Below, one piece after another: positions 24,216 through 33,335 of a stretch of DNA of 64,000 bases. Location: NCBI GenBank assembly GCA_036519395.1, contig DATDLJ010000072.1, forward strand, positions 4,893-68,892, read 5' to 3'. The stretch's first letter is position 1. The number at the start of each line of letters is the position of its first letter. The notes beneath the pieces were generated by a model, which made no database searches, was not told where the DNA came from, and worked only from the letters and a program-made list of their open reading frames with translations. The DNA comes from Solirubrobacterales bacterium. GTDB lineage: Bacteria > Actinomycetota > Thermoleophilia > Solirubrobacterales > 70-9. The translations under genes were made by a program, and so were the position numbers.

Positions 24216-24752
24216 ATGCATGCGACTGACGTAAAAGCGATTGCCGAGGCCACTCGCAAAGAGGTCGGCCCAGCCGAAAAGGAAACCGCGGCGCGAATCA
24301 CCGCGCTGATGCACCACGTCTTCCTCTACGACCGCGGCAACCAGCTGCGGGTGATCGAGGAGACCGGTCTCTCGATGACCCAGTGCAAGGTCCTGCTCGA
24401 GCTCGGCGGCCTCGGCCACGACGACCGCGCCTGGCAGGTCTCGGACCTGGCGGAGCTATTCGGCGTCTCGGTTCCCTCGATGAGCCGGGCCGTCGACGCG
24501 CTGGTCAAGGCGAAGCTGGCGACCCGGGTCGAGGACCCGGATGACCGCCGGGTGCGCCAAGTGCAGATCACGACCAAGGGCAAGGACCTGGTCGCGACCA
24601 TCGTCACCGTCCGCATGACCGGAATTGAGGCCTTCGTGACCACGCTCACGGCGACCCAGCGCCGCAAGCTTGACGCTGCGGTGGAGGCGCTGCTGGACCG
24701 CGAGGACCTCGCGCAGACCTACGAGCACCTGAAGGGAAGTGATCGCGCTTGA
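24216..24752 (+). CDS. MarR family transcriptional regulator
   Basis: ...GLSMTQCKVLLELGG...VSDLAELFGVSVPSMSRAVDALVKAKLATRVEDPDDRRVRQVQITTKG... Confidence 0.88.
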   Translation: MHATDVKAIAEATRKEVGPAEKETAARITALMHHVFLYDRGNQLRVIEETGLSMTQCKVLLELGGLGHDDRAWQVSDLAELFGVSVPSMSRAVDALVKAKLATRVEDPDDRRVRQVQITTKGKDLVATIVTVRMTGIEAFVTTLTATQRRKLDAAVEALLDREDLAQTYEHLKGSDRA

Positions 24753-26368
24753 CCCGTTACCGGCACCTGATCACCGACGACAATCGCAAGTGGTGGACCC
24801 TCGGCGCGATGTGCTTCGCGCTGTTCATGATCATGCTCGACAACACGGTCGTGAACGTCGCCCTGCCCTCGATCCAGCAGGACCTGGGGGCCTCGATCAG
24901 CGGGCTGGAGTGGACGATCAACGGCTACACGCTCTCCTTCGCGGTGCTGCTGGCGACCGGTGGTCGGCTCGGCGACATCTTCGGCCGGCGCCTGATGTTC
25001 ATGATCGGCGTCGTCATCTTCGCCCTCTCCTCGGCGACCGCCGGCTTCGCCCCCGACCAGACCTCGCTGGTGGTCAGCCGCATCGTCCAGGGTGTCGGCG
25101 CGGCGCTGATGATGCCGGGGACGCTCTCGATCATCACCGACGCCTTCCCCGCCCACGAGCGCGGTAAGGCGATGGGCACTTGGGCCGGTGTCTCCGCCCT
25201 GGCCCTGGCGGTCGGGCCGGTGCTGGGCGGGTTCCTCACCGAGCACGTCAGTTGGCGGGCGATCTTCTACATCAACATCCCGGTCGCGATCGGCGCCGTG
25301 GCGGCGACCCTGTTCGCGGTGCGCGAGTCGCGCGATACCTCGGTCGGCCGCGAGGTCGATTACGCCGGCGTCGCCGTGCTGACCGTCGGCCTGACGGCGC
25401 TCGTCCTCGCCCTGGTCGAGGGCAACGCTTGGGGCTGGGGCTCACCCCAGATCATCGCCCTGCTGGTTGGCGCCGCGGTGGCGCTGCCGGCCTTCGTCTT
25501 CGTCGAGAACCGGGTTAAGGCGCCGATGGTCCAGTTCGACCTGCTCAGCGATCGCAACTTCCTCGCCGCGGTGGTGGTGGCGCTGATCATCACCTTCGCG
25601 ATGATGGGCGTGTTCTTTTTCCTCGCCCTCTATATGCAGGACATCCTCCATTACTCGCCGCTGGAGGCGGGGGTGCGGTTCCTGCCCTCGACCCTGATGA
25701 TCGTCGGCGTGGCGCCGGTCGCGGGGCGGCTCTCGGACCGCTTCGGACCGCGCTGGCTGATTGCCGGCGGCTTGGTCCTGGTCGCGGCCTCGCTGTTCAG
25801 CTTCAGCCGCATCGCGGTTGACTCCGGATACCTCGACCTGCTGCCCGGATTCATGCTGCTGGGCATCGGGATCGCGATGACGATGTCGCCGATGACCAGC
25901 GCCGCGATGAACGCGGTGCCGGTGCAGAAAGCCGGGATCGCCTCTGGGGTGCTGTCGATGTTCCGCATGGTCGGCGGTAGCCTCGGGATCGCCGTCACCG
26001 GCGCGATCTTCCAAACCCTGGTCAGCTCGCGTCTGGAGACGCTGCTGGGCGGGACCGGGGTCAGCACCGCGCAGCAGGAATCGATCTCCGACCAGCTCGG
26101 CGGCGGCGGGGTGCCGCACGTGCCCGGCCTCGATCCGGGGCAGGTGAACGAAGTCGCGGCGGCGGGCAACGAAGCCTTCGTCTACGCGCTCAGCCACGCG
26201 ATGACCGTCTCCGGCTTCGTCGCTCTGCTTGGGGCGATCATCGGGGCGACGGCGATCCGGGCCAAGTCACGGGACTCGGTCAGCCCCGAGGCCGCGGTGG
26301 CCGAGGCAAATCCCGGCGGCGAGGCGCTCGCCGGCGAGGAGGCTCGAGAGGCGGCGCAGCCCGCTTAG
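24749..26368 (+). CDS. MFS transporter, DHA2 (EmrB/QacA, 14-TMS) family
   Basis: ...WWTLGAMCFALFMIMLDNTVVNVALPSIQQDLGAS...GRLGDIFGRR... TTG start overlaps the marR stop. Confidence 0.9.
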   Translation: MTRYRHLITDDNRKWWTLGAMCFALFMIMLDNTVVNVALPSIQQDLGASISGLEWTINGYTLSFAVLLATGGRLGDIFGRRLMFMIGVVIFALSSATAGFAPDQTSLVVSRIVQGVGAALMMPGTLSIITDAFPAHERGKAMGTWAGVSALALAVGPVLGGFLTEHVSWRAIFYINIPVAIGAVAATLFAVRESRDTSVGREVDYAGVAVLTVGLTALVLALVEGNAWGWGSPQIIALLVGAAVALPAFVFVENRVKAPMVQFDLLSDRNFLAAVVVALIITFAMMGVFFFLALYMQDILHYSPLEAGVRFLPSTLMIVGVAPVAGRLSDRFGPRWLIAGGLVLVAASLFSFSRIAVDSGYLDLLPGFMLLGIGIAMTMSPMTSAAMNAVPVQKAGIASGVLSMFRMVGGSLGIAVTGAIFQTLVSSRLETLLGGTGVSTAQQESISDQLGGGGVPHVPGLDPGQVNEVAAAGNEAFVYALSHAMTVSGFVALLGAIIGATAIRAKSRDSVSPEAAVAEANPGGEALAGEEAREAAQPA

Positions 26369-26379
26369 GGACGCCGGCG

Positions 26380-26408
26380 CATCGGGCGGCATAGGCTGCC
26401 GCCCGATG
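26380..26408 (+). promoter_or_regulatory. 11-bp GC-rich hairpin whose 3' arm contains the yaaA start codon
   Basis: CATCGGGCGGC-ataggct-GCCGCCCGATG. The final ATG (26406-26408) is the YaaA start. Confidence 0.5.
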
Positions 26409-27059
26409 CTGATCCTGCTGCCGCCGTCCGAAGGCAAGGCCCGCCCCGAGACGGGTGCGCCGGTTGACCTTGGATCGCTTGCTTTCGCGACGGAGCTGGG
26501 CAAAAAGCGGGAGGAGCTGATCGCGGCCTTTGACCCGGCGTTGCGGAAGGCGCCGGCAGCACCTGCGGCCGAGGTCTACACCGGGGTGCTGTTTGGGCGG
26601 CTGGAGCTGCCGAAGCTGGCGGCCAGGGCTCGGCGCAGGGTGCTGATCGCGAGCGCCCTCTGGGGGATGGTGCGGCCGGACGACCGCATTCCCTATTACA
26701 AGTTCCCGCCATCGATGCGGCTGGATGGGATCGGCGCGCCGAATGCCTTTTGGCGACCGGCCCTGACCGAGGCGCTGCCCGACGAGAAGGGCGACCTGGT
26801 CGTCGACATGCGCTCCGGCGCTTATTCGGCGGCCTGGAAACCGAAGCGGGCAACGCTGCTGGCAGTGCGCGCCTTCAGCGAGGAGGGAGGACAGCGCAAG
26901 GCGGTCTCCCACATGGCGAAGGCGGTGCGCGGAGATGTGGCCCAGGTGCTGCTGACGGCGAAGAAGGCGCCCGGCGACCCAGAGAGCGCGGCGGCGATCG
27001 CCGAGGCGGCAGGCTTCACCGTCGAGCTGACCGACAGCAGCCTCGACGTCATCGTCTAG
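26406..27059 (+). CDS. yaaA: YaaA-family (DUF328) peroxide-stress protein
   Basis: MLILLPPSEGKARPETG...ALWGMVRPDDRIPYYKF... The N-terminal 59 aa of ORF 26229..27059 overlap the MFS gene and were trimmed. Confidence 0.8.
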   Translation: MLILLPPSEGKARPETGAPVDLGSLAFATELGKKREELIAAFDPALRKAPAAPAAEVYTGVLFGRLELPKLAARARRRVLIASALWGMVRPDDRIPYYKFPPSMRLDGIGAPNAFWRPALTEALPDEKGDLVVDMRSGAYSAAWKPKRATLLAVRAFSEEGGQRKAVSHMAKAVRGDVAQVLLTAKKAPGDPESAAAIAEAAGFTVELTDSSLDVIV

Positions 27060-27706
27060 ATCGCCAGCGCTGGCCAGCTCTCCGAGTTGGAGAGGTCGAT
27101 TCGAGGGAGGGTGAGGACGGGCACCTCTGCGAGGTTCGCGATCGTCTCGCGGTTGGAACGCTCGATCGCGGTCGGCTTCTCGGGCCAGGGGTTGAGGACG
27201 ATGGCGGCGACCTCGAGCCCGGCGGCGCGGGCGGCCTCGACGGTCAGCAGGGTGTGGTTGATCGTCCCCAGACCGGGGCTGGCGACGACGACCAGCGGGT
27301 AGCCGAGGTCGGCGGCGAGGTCGCGGACGAGGTAGGTGGGGGAGAGCGGAACGAGCAGGCCGCCGACTCCCTCGCAGACGATCGCGTCGGCGCTATTGGC
27401 CGCGGCACCGGCCGCCTCTCGTAGCCGTCCCGGGTCGATCTCCTCGCCGGCCAGCGCTGAGGCAAGATGCGGCGAAGCCGGCGGACCGTAGCGGTAGGGG
27501 GCGATCTCCTCATCGCTTTGGCTCGACCCCGAAGCGCGGCGCAGCAGCGCATGGTCCGTTTCGACCCCTTCGTCGAGGCCGGTGACGGCGGGCTTGAAGA
27601 CCGCCACCCGCTTTCCTTCGTCGGCAAGGGTCCTGGCGATCGTCGCCGCGACCACGCTCTTGCCGACCTCGGTGCCGGTGCCGGTGACGAAGATTCCCCG
27701 CGCCAC
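27056..27706 (-). CDS. bioD: Dethiobiotin synthase
   Basis: MARGIFVTGTGTEVGKSVVAATIARTL...EGVGGLLVPL... Confidence 0.9.
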   Translation of the reverse strand: MARGIFVTGTGTEVGKSVVAATIARTLADEGKRVAVFKPAVTGLDEGVETDHALLRRASGSSQSDEEIAPYRYGPPASPHLASALAGEEIDPGRLREAAGAAANSADAIVCEGVGGLLVPLSPTYLVRDLAADLGYPLVVVASPGLGTINHTLLTVEAARAAGLEVAAIVLNPWPEKPTAIERSNRETIANLAEVPVLTLPRIDLSNSESWPALAI

Positions 27707-27714
27707 GGTTGGGG

Positions 27715-28899
27715 TCAGGCGGCCAGCGGCTGGGCCGCGACCAGGCCCGCCTCACGGGCGGCGACCCCGACCATATGAGCGGCCGCGACCAGGTCCTCTG
27801 GGCGGTGGGTGGCCATCGCGGTCAGGCGCAGGCGGCAGGAGCCCTCGGGGACCGTTGGCGGCCGAATCCCTTGAGCGAAGACGCCCTTCTCCAGGGCCAG
27901 CTCGCAGAGCCCCATCGTCGCTTCTGCCTCGCCGACGTGGACGGGGACCACCTGGGTCGTCGAAGCCCCTACCTCAAGGCCCTCGGCGGCGAGCGAGCGC
28001 CGCAGCAAGGCGGCGTTTGCCTGTAGCCGCTCGACCAGCTGGGGTTCGACTTCGAGGATCGAAAGCGCCGCCAGCGCTGCGCCGACCGATGGTGGTGGGG
28101 GCGCGGTCGAGAAGATGAACGGCCGCGCCTGGTTAATAAGGAAGTCAGTGATCTCCTCCTTGGCGCAGACGTAGGCCCCGTAGGAACCAAGGGCCTTGCC
28201 CAGGGTGCCAACCACGATGTCGACCTCACCGCTGAGGCCGGCGGCGGAGACCGAGCCGCGCCCGCCCGGGCCGACGGCGCCGGTTGCGTGGGCCTCGTCG
28301 ACCATCAGGCGCGTGTTGTGCTGGCGGGCCAGTTCGAGCAGCTCGGGGAGGGGCGCGACGTCGCCATCCATCGAGAAGACGCCGTCGCTGACGATCAGCG
28401 ACGCCCGCCCGCCGGCTTGCCGCAGGCCCCAGCCGAGGTGGTCGAGGTCGCCGTGGCGGTAGACGAAGGTCTCCGCCCGCGAGAGTCGGCAGCCGTCGAC
28501 GATGCTGGCGTGGTTGAGCTCGTCGGAGAAGACGACTTCGCCGCGCCCGGCAAGCGCCGCGATCGTCCCCGTGTTGGCGAGGTAGCCAGAGCCGAACAGC
28601 AGTGCCGCCCCGTAGCCCTTAAAAGTGGCGAGGCGCTGCTCGAGCTGCCGGTGCGGCTCCATGTTGCCCGAGATCAGGCGCGAGGCACCGGCGCCGGCGC
28701 CCCAGTGCAGCGCCGCCTCGGCGGCGGCGTCGCGCACCTCGGTCCGGTCGGCGAGCCCGAGGTAATTGTTCGAGCAGAGGAGGAGGACGGGCTGACCGCC
28801 GAGGGTGACGGTCGGGCCCTGCGGTCCCTCAATCAGGCGGAGTCGCCGGTAAAGCCCCCGGTCGCGGAGCTCCTCGAGCCGCTCGGCGACGTCGGTCAC
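27715..28899 (-). CDS. bioF: 8-amino-7-oxononanoate synthase
   Basis: ...CSNNYLGLA...DELNHASIVDG...DEAHATG...GTLGKALGSYG... Confidence 0.9.
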   Translation of the reverse strand: MTDVAERLEELRDRGLYRRLRLIEGPQGPTVTLGGQPVLLLCSNNYLGLADRTEVRDAAAEAALHWGAGAGASRLISGNMEPHRQLEQRLATFKGYGAALLFGSGYLANTGTIAALAGRGEVVFSDELNHASIVDGCRLSRAETFVYRHGDLDHLGWGLRQAGGRASLIVSDGVFSMDGDVAPLPELLELARQHNTRLMVDEAHATGAVGPGGRGSVSAAGLSGEVDIVVGTLGKALGSYGAYVCAKEEITDFLINQARPFIFSTAPPPPSVGAALAALSILEVEPQLVERLQANAALLRRSLAAEGLEVGASTTQVVPVHVGEAEATMGLCELALEKGVFAQGIRPPTVPEGSCRLRLTAMATHRPEDLVAAAHMVGVAAREAGLVAAQPLAA

Positions 28900-30020
28900 G
28901 CCGCCCGTGGGTAAGAAGGCGGCTTCTTCGCCTTCTTGACGACCCGCAGTTGGGTGGAGGGATCCCAGAAGTTCGCTTCCTCTTGGCTGTCGACCAGCTC
29001 GTCGATCGGCGTCGCCGGCGTCTCGCCTTCGAGCCAGCCGGAGCGGTTGTCGGGCCGCGGGTTGGCGCCGTTATCGGGTTGGCGGGCGACGTTCAGGCCC
29101 AGCTCTTCAAACATCTCCCGGTCGTCGGCGGGCTCGGCCCCGAGGGTGGTGAGGAAGTTCCCCATCATCACCCCGTTCAGCCCCGCCTTTACGGCAAGCC
29201 CGTGCAGCTCGCCGAGGTTCTCGACCCGGCCGCCGCAAAGACGGAAAAGGGCGCCGGGGATGATCAGGCGGAAGATCGCGATCCACTTCACGACCTCCCA
29301 GGGATCCATCACTTCGCGGTCGCCGAATTTCGTCCCGTCCTTTGGGATTAGGAGGTTGATCGGGACCGAGGTGGGGTTGATCTCGGAGAGCTCGAAGGCC
29401 ATCTCGACCCGCTGCTCCTCGGTCTCGCCAAGGTTGAGGATGCCGCCGACGCAGGTCTCCAGGCCCGCCTCTTTGACCGCTTGGATCGTCCGCAACCGCC
29501 CCTCGTAGCGAACCGTGGTTGAGACCTCCGGGTAGTAGGAGCGGGCCGACTCGACGTTGTGGTGGACCCGCTGGACACCAGCATCTTTCAGCGCTTTCGC
29601 TCGCTCGGTCGACATGTGGCCGATCGAGGCGCAACGCTTGAGGTTGGTTTTCTCGGCGACCAGGCGGGTGCCCTCGAGGATTTTCTGGAAGTCCCGCTTG
29701 GAGAGGCCCTGGCCCTGGGTGACCATGCAGAAGCGGTGGGCGCCGGCGGCCTCGGCCGCTTCGGCGTGTTCGAGGATCTGCTCCGGCTCCATCATCGCGT
29801 GCATCGGCGTGTCGGCCTCGGCGTAGCGGGACTGGGCGCAGAAGCCGCAGTCCTCGGCGCAGCCGCCCGACTTGGCGTTGACCAGCGAGCACATGTCGGT
29901 CGAGTTGCCGAAGTTCTCCACCCGCACCTCCCAGGCGCGTTCGACCAGCGCTTCGATCTCGGCGTGGTCGGTGAGGCGGCCGTAGGCGCGAGCCTCGTCA
30001 ACAGTGATCAGGGAGGACAC
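28896..30020 (-). CDS. bioB: Biotin synthase (radical SAM)
   Basis: ...NAKSGGCAEDCGFCAQS (CxxxCxxC)...HNVESA... Overlaps the bioF start by 4 nt. Confidence 0.93.
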   Translation of the reverse strand: MSSLITVDEARAYGRLTDHAEIEALVERAWEVRVENFGNSTDMCSLVNAKSGGCAEDCGFCAQSRYAEADTPMHAMMEPEQILEHAEAAEAAGAHRFCMVTQGQGLSKRDFQKILEGTRLVAEKTNLKRCASIGHMSTERAKALKDAGVQRVHHNVESARSYYPEVSTTVRYEGRLRTIQAVKEAGLETCVGGILNLGETEEQRVEMAFELSEINPTSVPINLLIPKDGTKFGDREVMDPWEVVKWIAIFRLIIPGALFRLCGGRVENLGELHGLAVKAGLNGVMMGNFLTTLGAEPADDREMFEELGLNVARQPDNGANPRPDNRSGWLEGETPATPIDELVDSQEEANFWDPSTQLRVVKKAKKPPSYPRAA

Positions 30021-30048
30021 GCGGCAAATCTAAGAATCGGGCCGGACG

Positions 30049-30101
30049 CTAGTCCGCCGGAGTTTTTCGTCGCTATGCGGAACAAAAGACCGGCGGACTA
30101 G
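30049..30101. promoter_or_regulatory. 12-bp perfect inverted repeat with 29-nt spacer in the bioB/GH3 divergent intergenic region
   Basis: CTAGTCCGCCGG-agtttttcgtcgctatgcggaacaaaaga-CCGGCGGACTAG, 29 nt upstream of the bioB start (30020) and 12 nt upstream of the GH3 start (30113). Confidence 0.5.
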
Positions 30102-30112
30102 CATCGGAGCCG

Positions 30113-31234
30113 ATGGAACTAACGGTGACGCGGCGACGAAGGATGGCGCTGGGAGTTCTCATCCTGTTGGCGATTGCGGCATTCGCGCTCGGTGTGACCC
30201 TCGGAGAGGACGGGACGGAGGCGAAGTCGCCGCCGGATGTCGCCACCACCCTGTCGGCGCAGCAGCTCGCCGGCCAGCGGATCGTCGTCGGTCTGCCGGG
30301 AACCTCGATCTCGAAGGGGCTGCGCCAGGCGATCGCCCAGGGCAAAGTGGCGGGAGTCGTCCTTTTTGCCGAAAACTTCCCCAGTCGGGCGGCCGGCAAG
30401 CGCTTAATCGCCGAGCTGCAGGGGATCCGGCGGCCGCCAAAGCTGCGCGACCCGCTGTTGGTGATGACCGACCAGGAGGGCGGCTTGGTGAAGCGGGTGA
30501 GCGGCGCCCCCACCGCCTCGGCCAAGGAGATGGGGGACCGCGGCGCAACCTTTAGCGCCCGCCAGGGCCGCGACACCGCCGCCAACCTGCGCGAGGTTGG
30601 CGTCAACGTCGATCTCGCCCCGGTCCTGGACGTGGGACGGCCGGGTGGGGTGATCGCGGAGACGGAAAGAAGCTTCGGCTCGACCGCGGCCGCCGTCATT
30701 TCCACCGCGATCCCCTTTGCCAAGGCTTTGCAGGCCGGCGGCGTGGCGGCGACCGGCAAGCACTTCCCCGGGTTCGGCGCCGCGACCGAAAACACCGACT
30801 TCTCGGTCGAACGGATCGACCTCTCAAAGCGGGAGCTGCGTGCCGTGGATGAGAAGCCTTACGCCGCGTTTGTCGGGGCCGGCGGCAAGCTGGTGATGCT
30901 CAGCACCGCGATCTACCCCGCCTTCGCTGATACCCCTGCCGCCTTCACCCGGGCGATCGTCACCGGTGAGCTGCGCAACCGGCTCGGCTTCGAAGGGGTG
31001 ACGATTACCGACGCGCTGGAAACGCCAGCGGTCGAAGCCTTCGGTGGTACCGCCAAGGTCGCGGTCGCCGGCGCCCGTGCCGGTGCCGAGCTGCTCCTCT
31101 TCGCGCGCCTTGGTCCGGCCGAGCGGGCCTGGAAGGCGCTGGTGGCGAAGCTGCGTTCCGGTGGTCTCAAACGCCAGGAGTTCGAGCTCTCGGTGCAACG
31201 CGTGCTCGACCTCCGCGCCGGGCTGGGCCGTTAA
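30113..31234 (+). CDS. Glycoside hydrolase family 3 N-terminal-domain protein (beta-N-acetylhexosaminidase-like), membrane-anchored or secreted
   Basis: ...LVMTDQEGGLVKR...DLAPVLDV...GKHFPGFGAATENTD... Confidence 0.85.
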   Translation: MELTVTRRRRMALGVLILLAIAAFALGVTLGEDGTEAKSPPDVATTLSAQQLAGQRIVVGLPGTSISKGLRQAIAQGKVAGVVLFAENFPSRAAGKRLIAELQGIRRPPKLRDPLLVMTDQEGGLVKRVSGAPTASAKEMGDRGATFSARQGRDTAANLREVGVNVDLAPVLDVGRPGGVIAETERSFGSTAAAVISTAIPFAKALQAGGVAATGKHFPGFGAATENTDFSVERIDLSKRELRAVDEKPYAAFVGAGGKLVMLSTAIYPAFADTPAAFTRAIVTGELRNRLGFEGVTITDALETPAVEAFGGTAKVAVAGARAGAELLLFARLGPAERAWKALVAKLRSGGLKRQEFELSVQRVLDLRAGLGR

Positions 31235-32706
31235 CGCTGGCTGCGCACGTCTTCCCGCACAGCGACGGGATCGAAGACCCGAACTCCGTCGCGTCCCTCG
31301 TCCTTGGCCGCGTACATCGCCGTGTCGGCTTCGGAGAAGACGGTGGCGGCGCTGGTGCGGGGGTCGTCACCGAACATCGCTACGCCGACGCTGACCGTGA
31401 CCGGCTCGGTCCCCTCCATGGAGCGGTACGCGCGTACCTCGGAGGCGATTGCTTCGGCGGCGATCTGAGCCTCCTCGCGGCTCGACCGCGGCAGGATCAC
31501 CGCGAACTCATCGCCCCCGAGTCGCGCCAGCGTGTCGCTCGCCCGCGTCCGCCGTCGCAACACTTCCGCGACCTCCTGGATCAAGCGATCACCGGCCGGG
31601 TGCCCCTGCGAGTCGTTGACTCGCTTGAAGTCGTCGATGTCGAGGATCAGCAGCGCCCCGGAGGAGCGGTCGCGCCAGCTTCGCGCCATCGCCGTCGCCA
31701 GGTCCCGCTCGAAGCGCCGCCGGTTGTCGAGGCCGGTCAGCGCGTCCTGGGTTGCCTGCCGCTCCAACTCTTGCATCCGTTCTTTTCGACTGCCGGTGAG
31801 GATCAGCGCGGTTAGCAACGCCGCCAGTGAGATTCCCAGAACCGCCAGCGCGATCGGCAGGCTGAGTCCGGGCCCATCGGGGTCCTTCACGGTCAGCGCC
31901 CAGGTGCGATCGGCAATTTTAAGCGGCACCGAAGCGCCGCCGCTGAGGTCCTCGGTCGCGCCGAAGACGGTGATGCCGCCGGCCTGTAGTTGCAAGTGCA
32001 CGCCGGGCGAGACGGTTTCTGCCGCCGCCGTGGCAAGGTCCTCGATCCGGAAACTGCCGGCCGCGAAGCCGACCAGTGCGCGCTGGCGTTGGGCAGCCGT
32101 CTTGACCGGCGCCCCATCGTGGTAGACGGCGCGGAAAACGGCGATTCCCGTGCCGCCGATCAACAATGGGCCGACCGGGGTTGAGGTGGCGACGCCACTG
32201 GAGGCCGCCCGGTCGAGGAAGGCGCCGCGGAATGGATCCTGGCCGAGGTCATAGCCGAGCGCCCGCTCCGTCGATTGCTCGGCGGTCGCGTAGGTGACTG
32301 GGAAGTAGACCGACTGCGGGTCGGCCCGTCGGAATTTGCCTGGGAACACTTTCTCGATGATGCCGATGCCGTGACGTTGTTCGTACATCCCCCGCTTCGC
32401 CCCGGGCACGCGGAGGATGTAGGCGGTTGCCGAGAGCGCTCCTTGCCGCAACAGGGTGTTGCCGTAGACCTGAAACTCGTGGCGGCTGAGGTCGTCCTCG
32501 GCCTTGAAGAAGGCGGCGGCGCTGGAGAGCTGGTCAACCGAGAGCCCGGCCACTGCTTCCATCTGGTGCGCCGCCCGGATCGCCTCGTCCTGCTGCATCT
32601 GATTGAAGTCCTCGCGGTCGTCCTGGTAGACGAGGAAGGCGGCGAGGACCGAGCCGACTGCGACCAGGGTGACCGCGGCGATGCCGAGCCAGAATCGCCG
32701 CCTCAT
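31231..32706 (-). CDS. Diguanylate cyclase (CHASE-like periplasmic sensor between two TMs, plus GGDEF)
   Basis: N-terminal TM, extracytoplasmic region, second TM, then ...DALTGLDNRRRF...RLGGDEFAVILP... Confidence 0.88.
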   Translation of the reverse strand: MRRRFWLGIAAVTLVAVGSVLAAFLVYQDDREDFNQMQQDEAIRAAHQMEAVAGLSVDQLSSAAAFFKAEDDLSRHEFQVYGNTLLRQGALSATAYILRVPGAKRGMYEQRHGIGIIEKVFPGKFRRADPQSVYFPVTYATAEQSTERALGYDLGQDPFRGAFLDRAASSGVATSTPVGPLLIGGTGIAVFRAVYHDGAPVKTAAQRQRALVGFAAGSFRIEDLATAAAETVSPGVHLQLQAGGITVFGATEDLSGGASVPLKIADRTWALTVKDPDGPGLSLPIALAVLGISLAALLTALILTGSRKERMQELERQATQDALTGLDNRRRFERDLATAMARSWRDRSSGALLILDIDDFKRVNDSQGHPAGDRLIQEVAEVLRRRTRASDTLARLGGDEFAVILPRSSREEAQIAAEAIASEVRAYRSMEGTEPVTVSVGVAMFGDDPRTSAATVFSEADTAMYAAKDEGRDGVRVFDPVAVREDVRSQR

Positions 32707-33335
32707 GAGGGCACCGCCGCCAACGACTCCCAGAGGTAGAGCGAAGCGAGGCTGCGGTGCGGCCGCCAGGGCTCGCCGATCTCCAGCACTTGCTTTGGCG
32801 GTGGCATCGCCTCCAAGCCGTACTCGATCTGGATCGCTTTGCGGATTCCAAGATCACCGCCGGAGAGGACGTCGGGCCGTTCGAGGTGGAAGAGCAGGAA
32901 CATCTCGGCGGTCCATTGGCCGAGGCCGCGGACGGCGACGATCTCCTCGATCACTTCCTCATCGCTGAGCTCGTTGAGCCGGTCCAGCTCGAGCTCGCCG
33001 CTGAGGACGTGGGATGCGAGGTCGCGGATGTATTCGGTCTTGCGACCGGAGAGGCCGGCGGCTCGCAGGTCCTCTTCGCGGGCCTCCAATAGCTGCTCCG
33101 GCGAGGGAGTGGAGCCGTCGAAGAGGTCGATCACCCGCAGGTAGATCGTGCGCGCCGCTTTGGTTGAGAGCTGCTGGCCGACGATTGCCCGCAGCAACGC
33201 TCCGTAGGCGTCGTTGGGACGCTCCTCGCTGCGCCGTTTGAGCCGAGTGGCGATATCGATTTTCCCGACCCGCTCGATCAGCGCCGCCATCGTCGGATCC
33301 GAGGCGGCAAGGGCTTTGCGTGCCTTGGCGTTCAC
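32703..33335 (-). CDS. DNA-3-methyladenine glycosylase II (AlkA-like, HhH-GPD)
   Basis: ...GQQLSTKAARTIY...VRGLGQWTAEMFLLF...GGDLGIRKA... I prefer the GTG at 33335 (GTGA overlap with the upstream stop). The ORF-track start is 33347. Confidence 0.8.
   Translation of the reverse strand: MNAKARKALAASDPTMAALIERVGKIDIATRLKRRSEERPNDAYGALLRAIVGQQLSTKAARTIYLRVIDLFDGSTPSPEQLLEAREEDLRAAGLSGRKTEYIRDLASHVLSGELELDRLNELSDEEVIEEIVAVRGLGQWTAEMFLLFHLERPDVLSGGDLGIRKAIQIEYGLEAMPPPKQVLEIGEPWRPHRSLASLYLWESLAAVPS

Noticed and set aside
28896-29090. A C-terminal tail of about 60 aa on BioB as a possible fused auxiliary domain.
   Set aside because: Other BioB proteins, such as the E. coli enzyme, also carry non-conserved tails after the LGLN region. 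The tail here is low-complexity, and I cannot tie it to any known auxiliary protein from memory.
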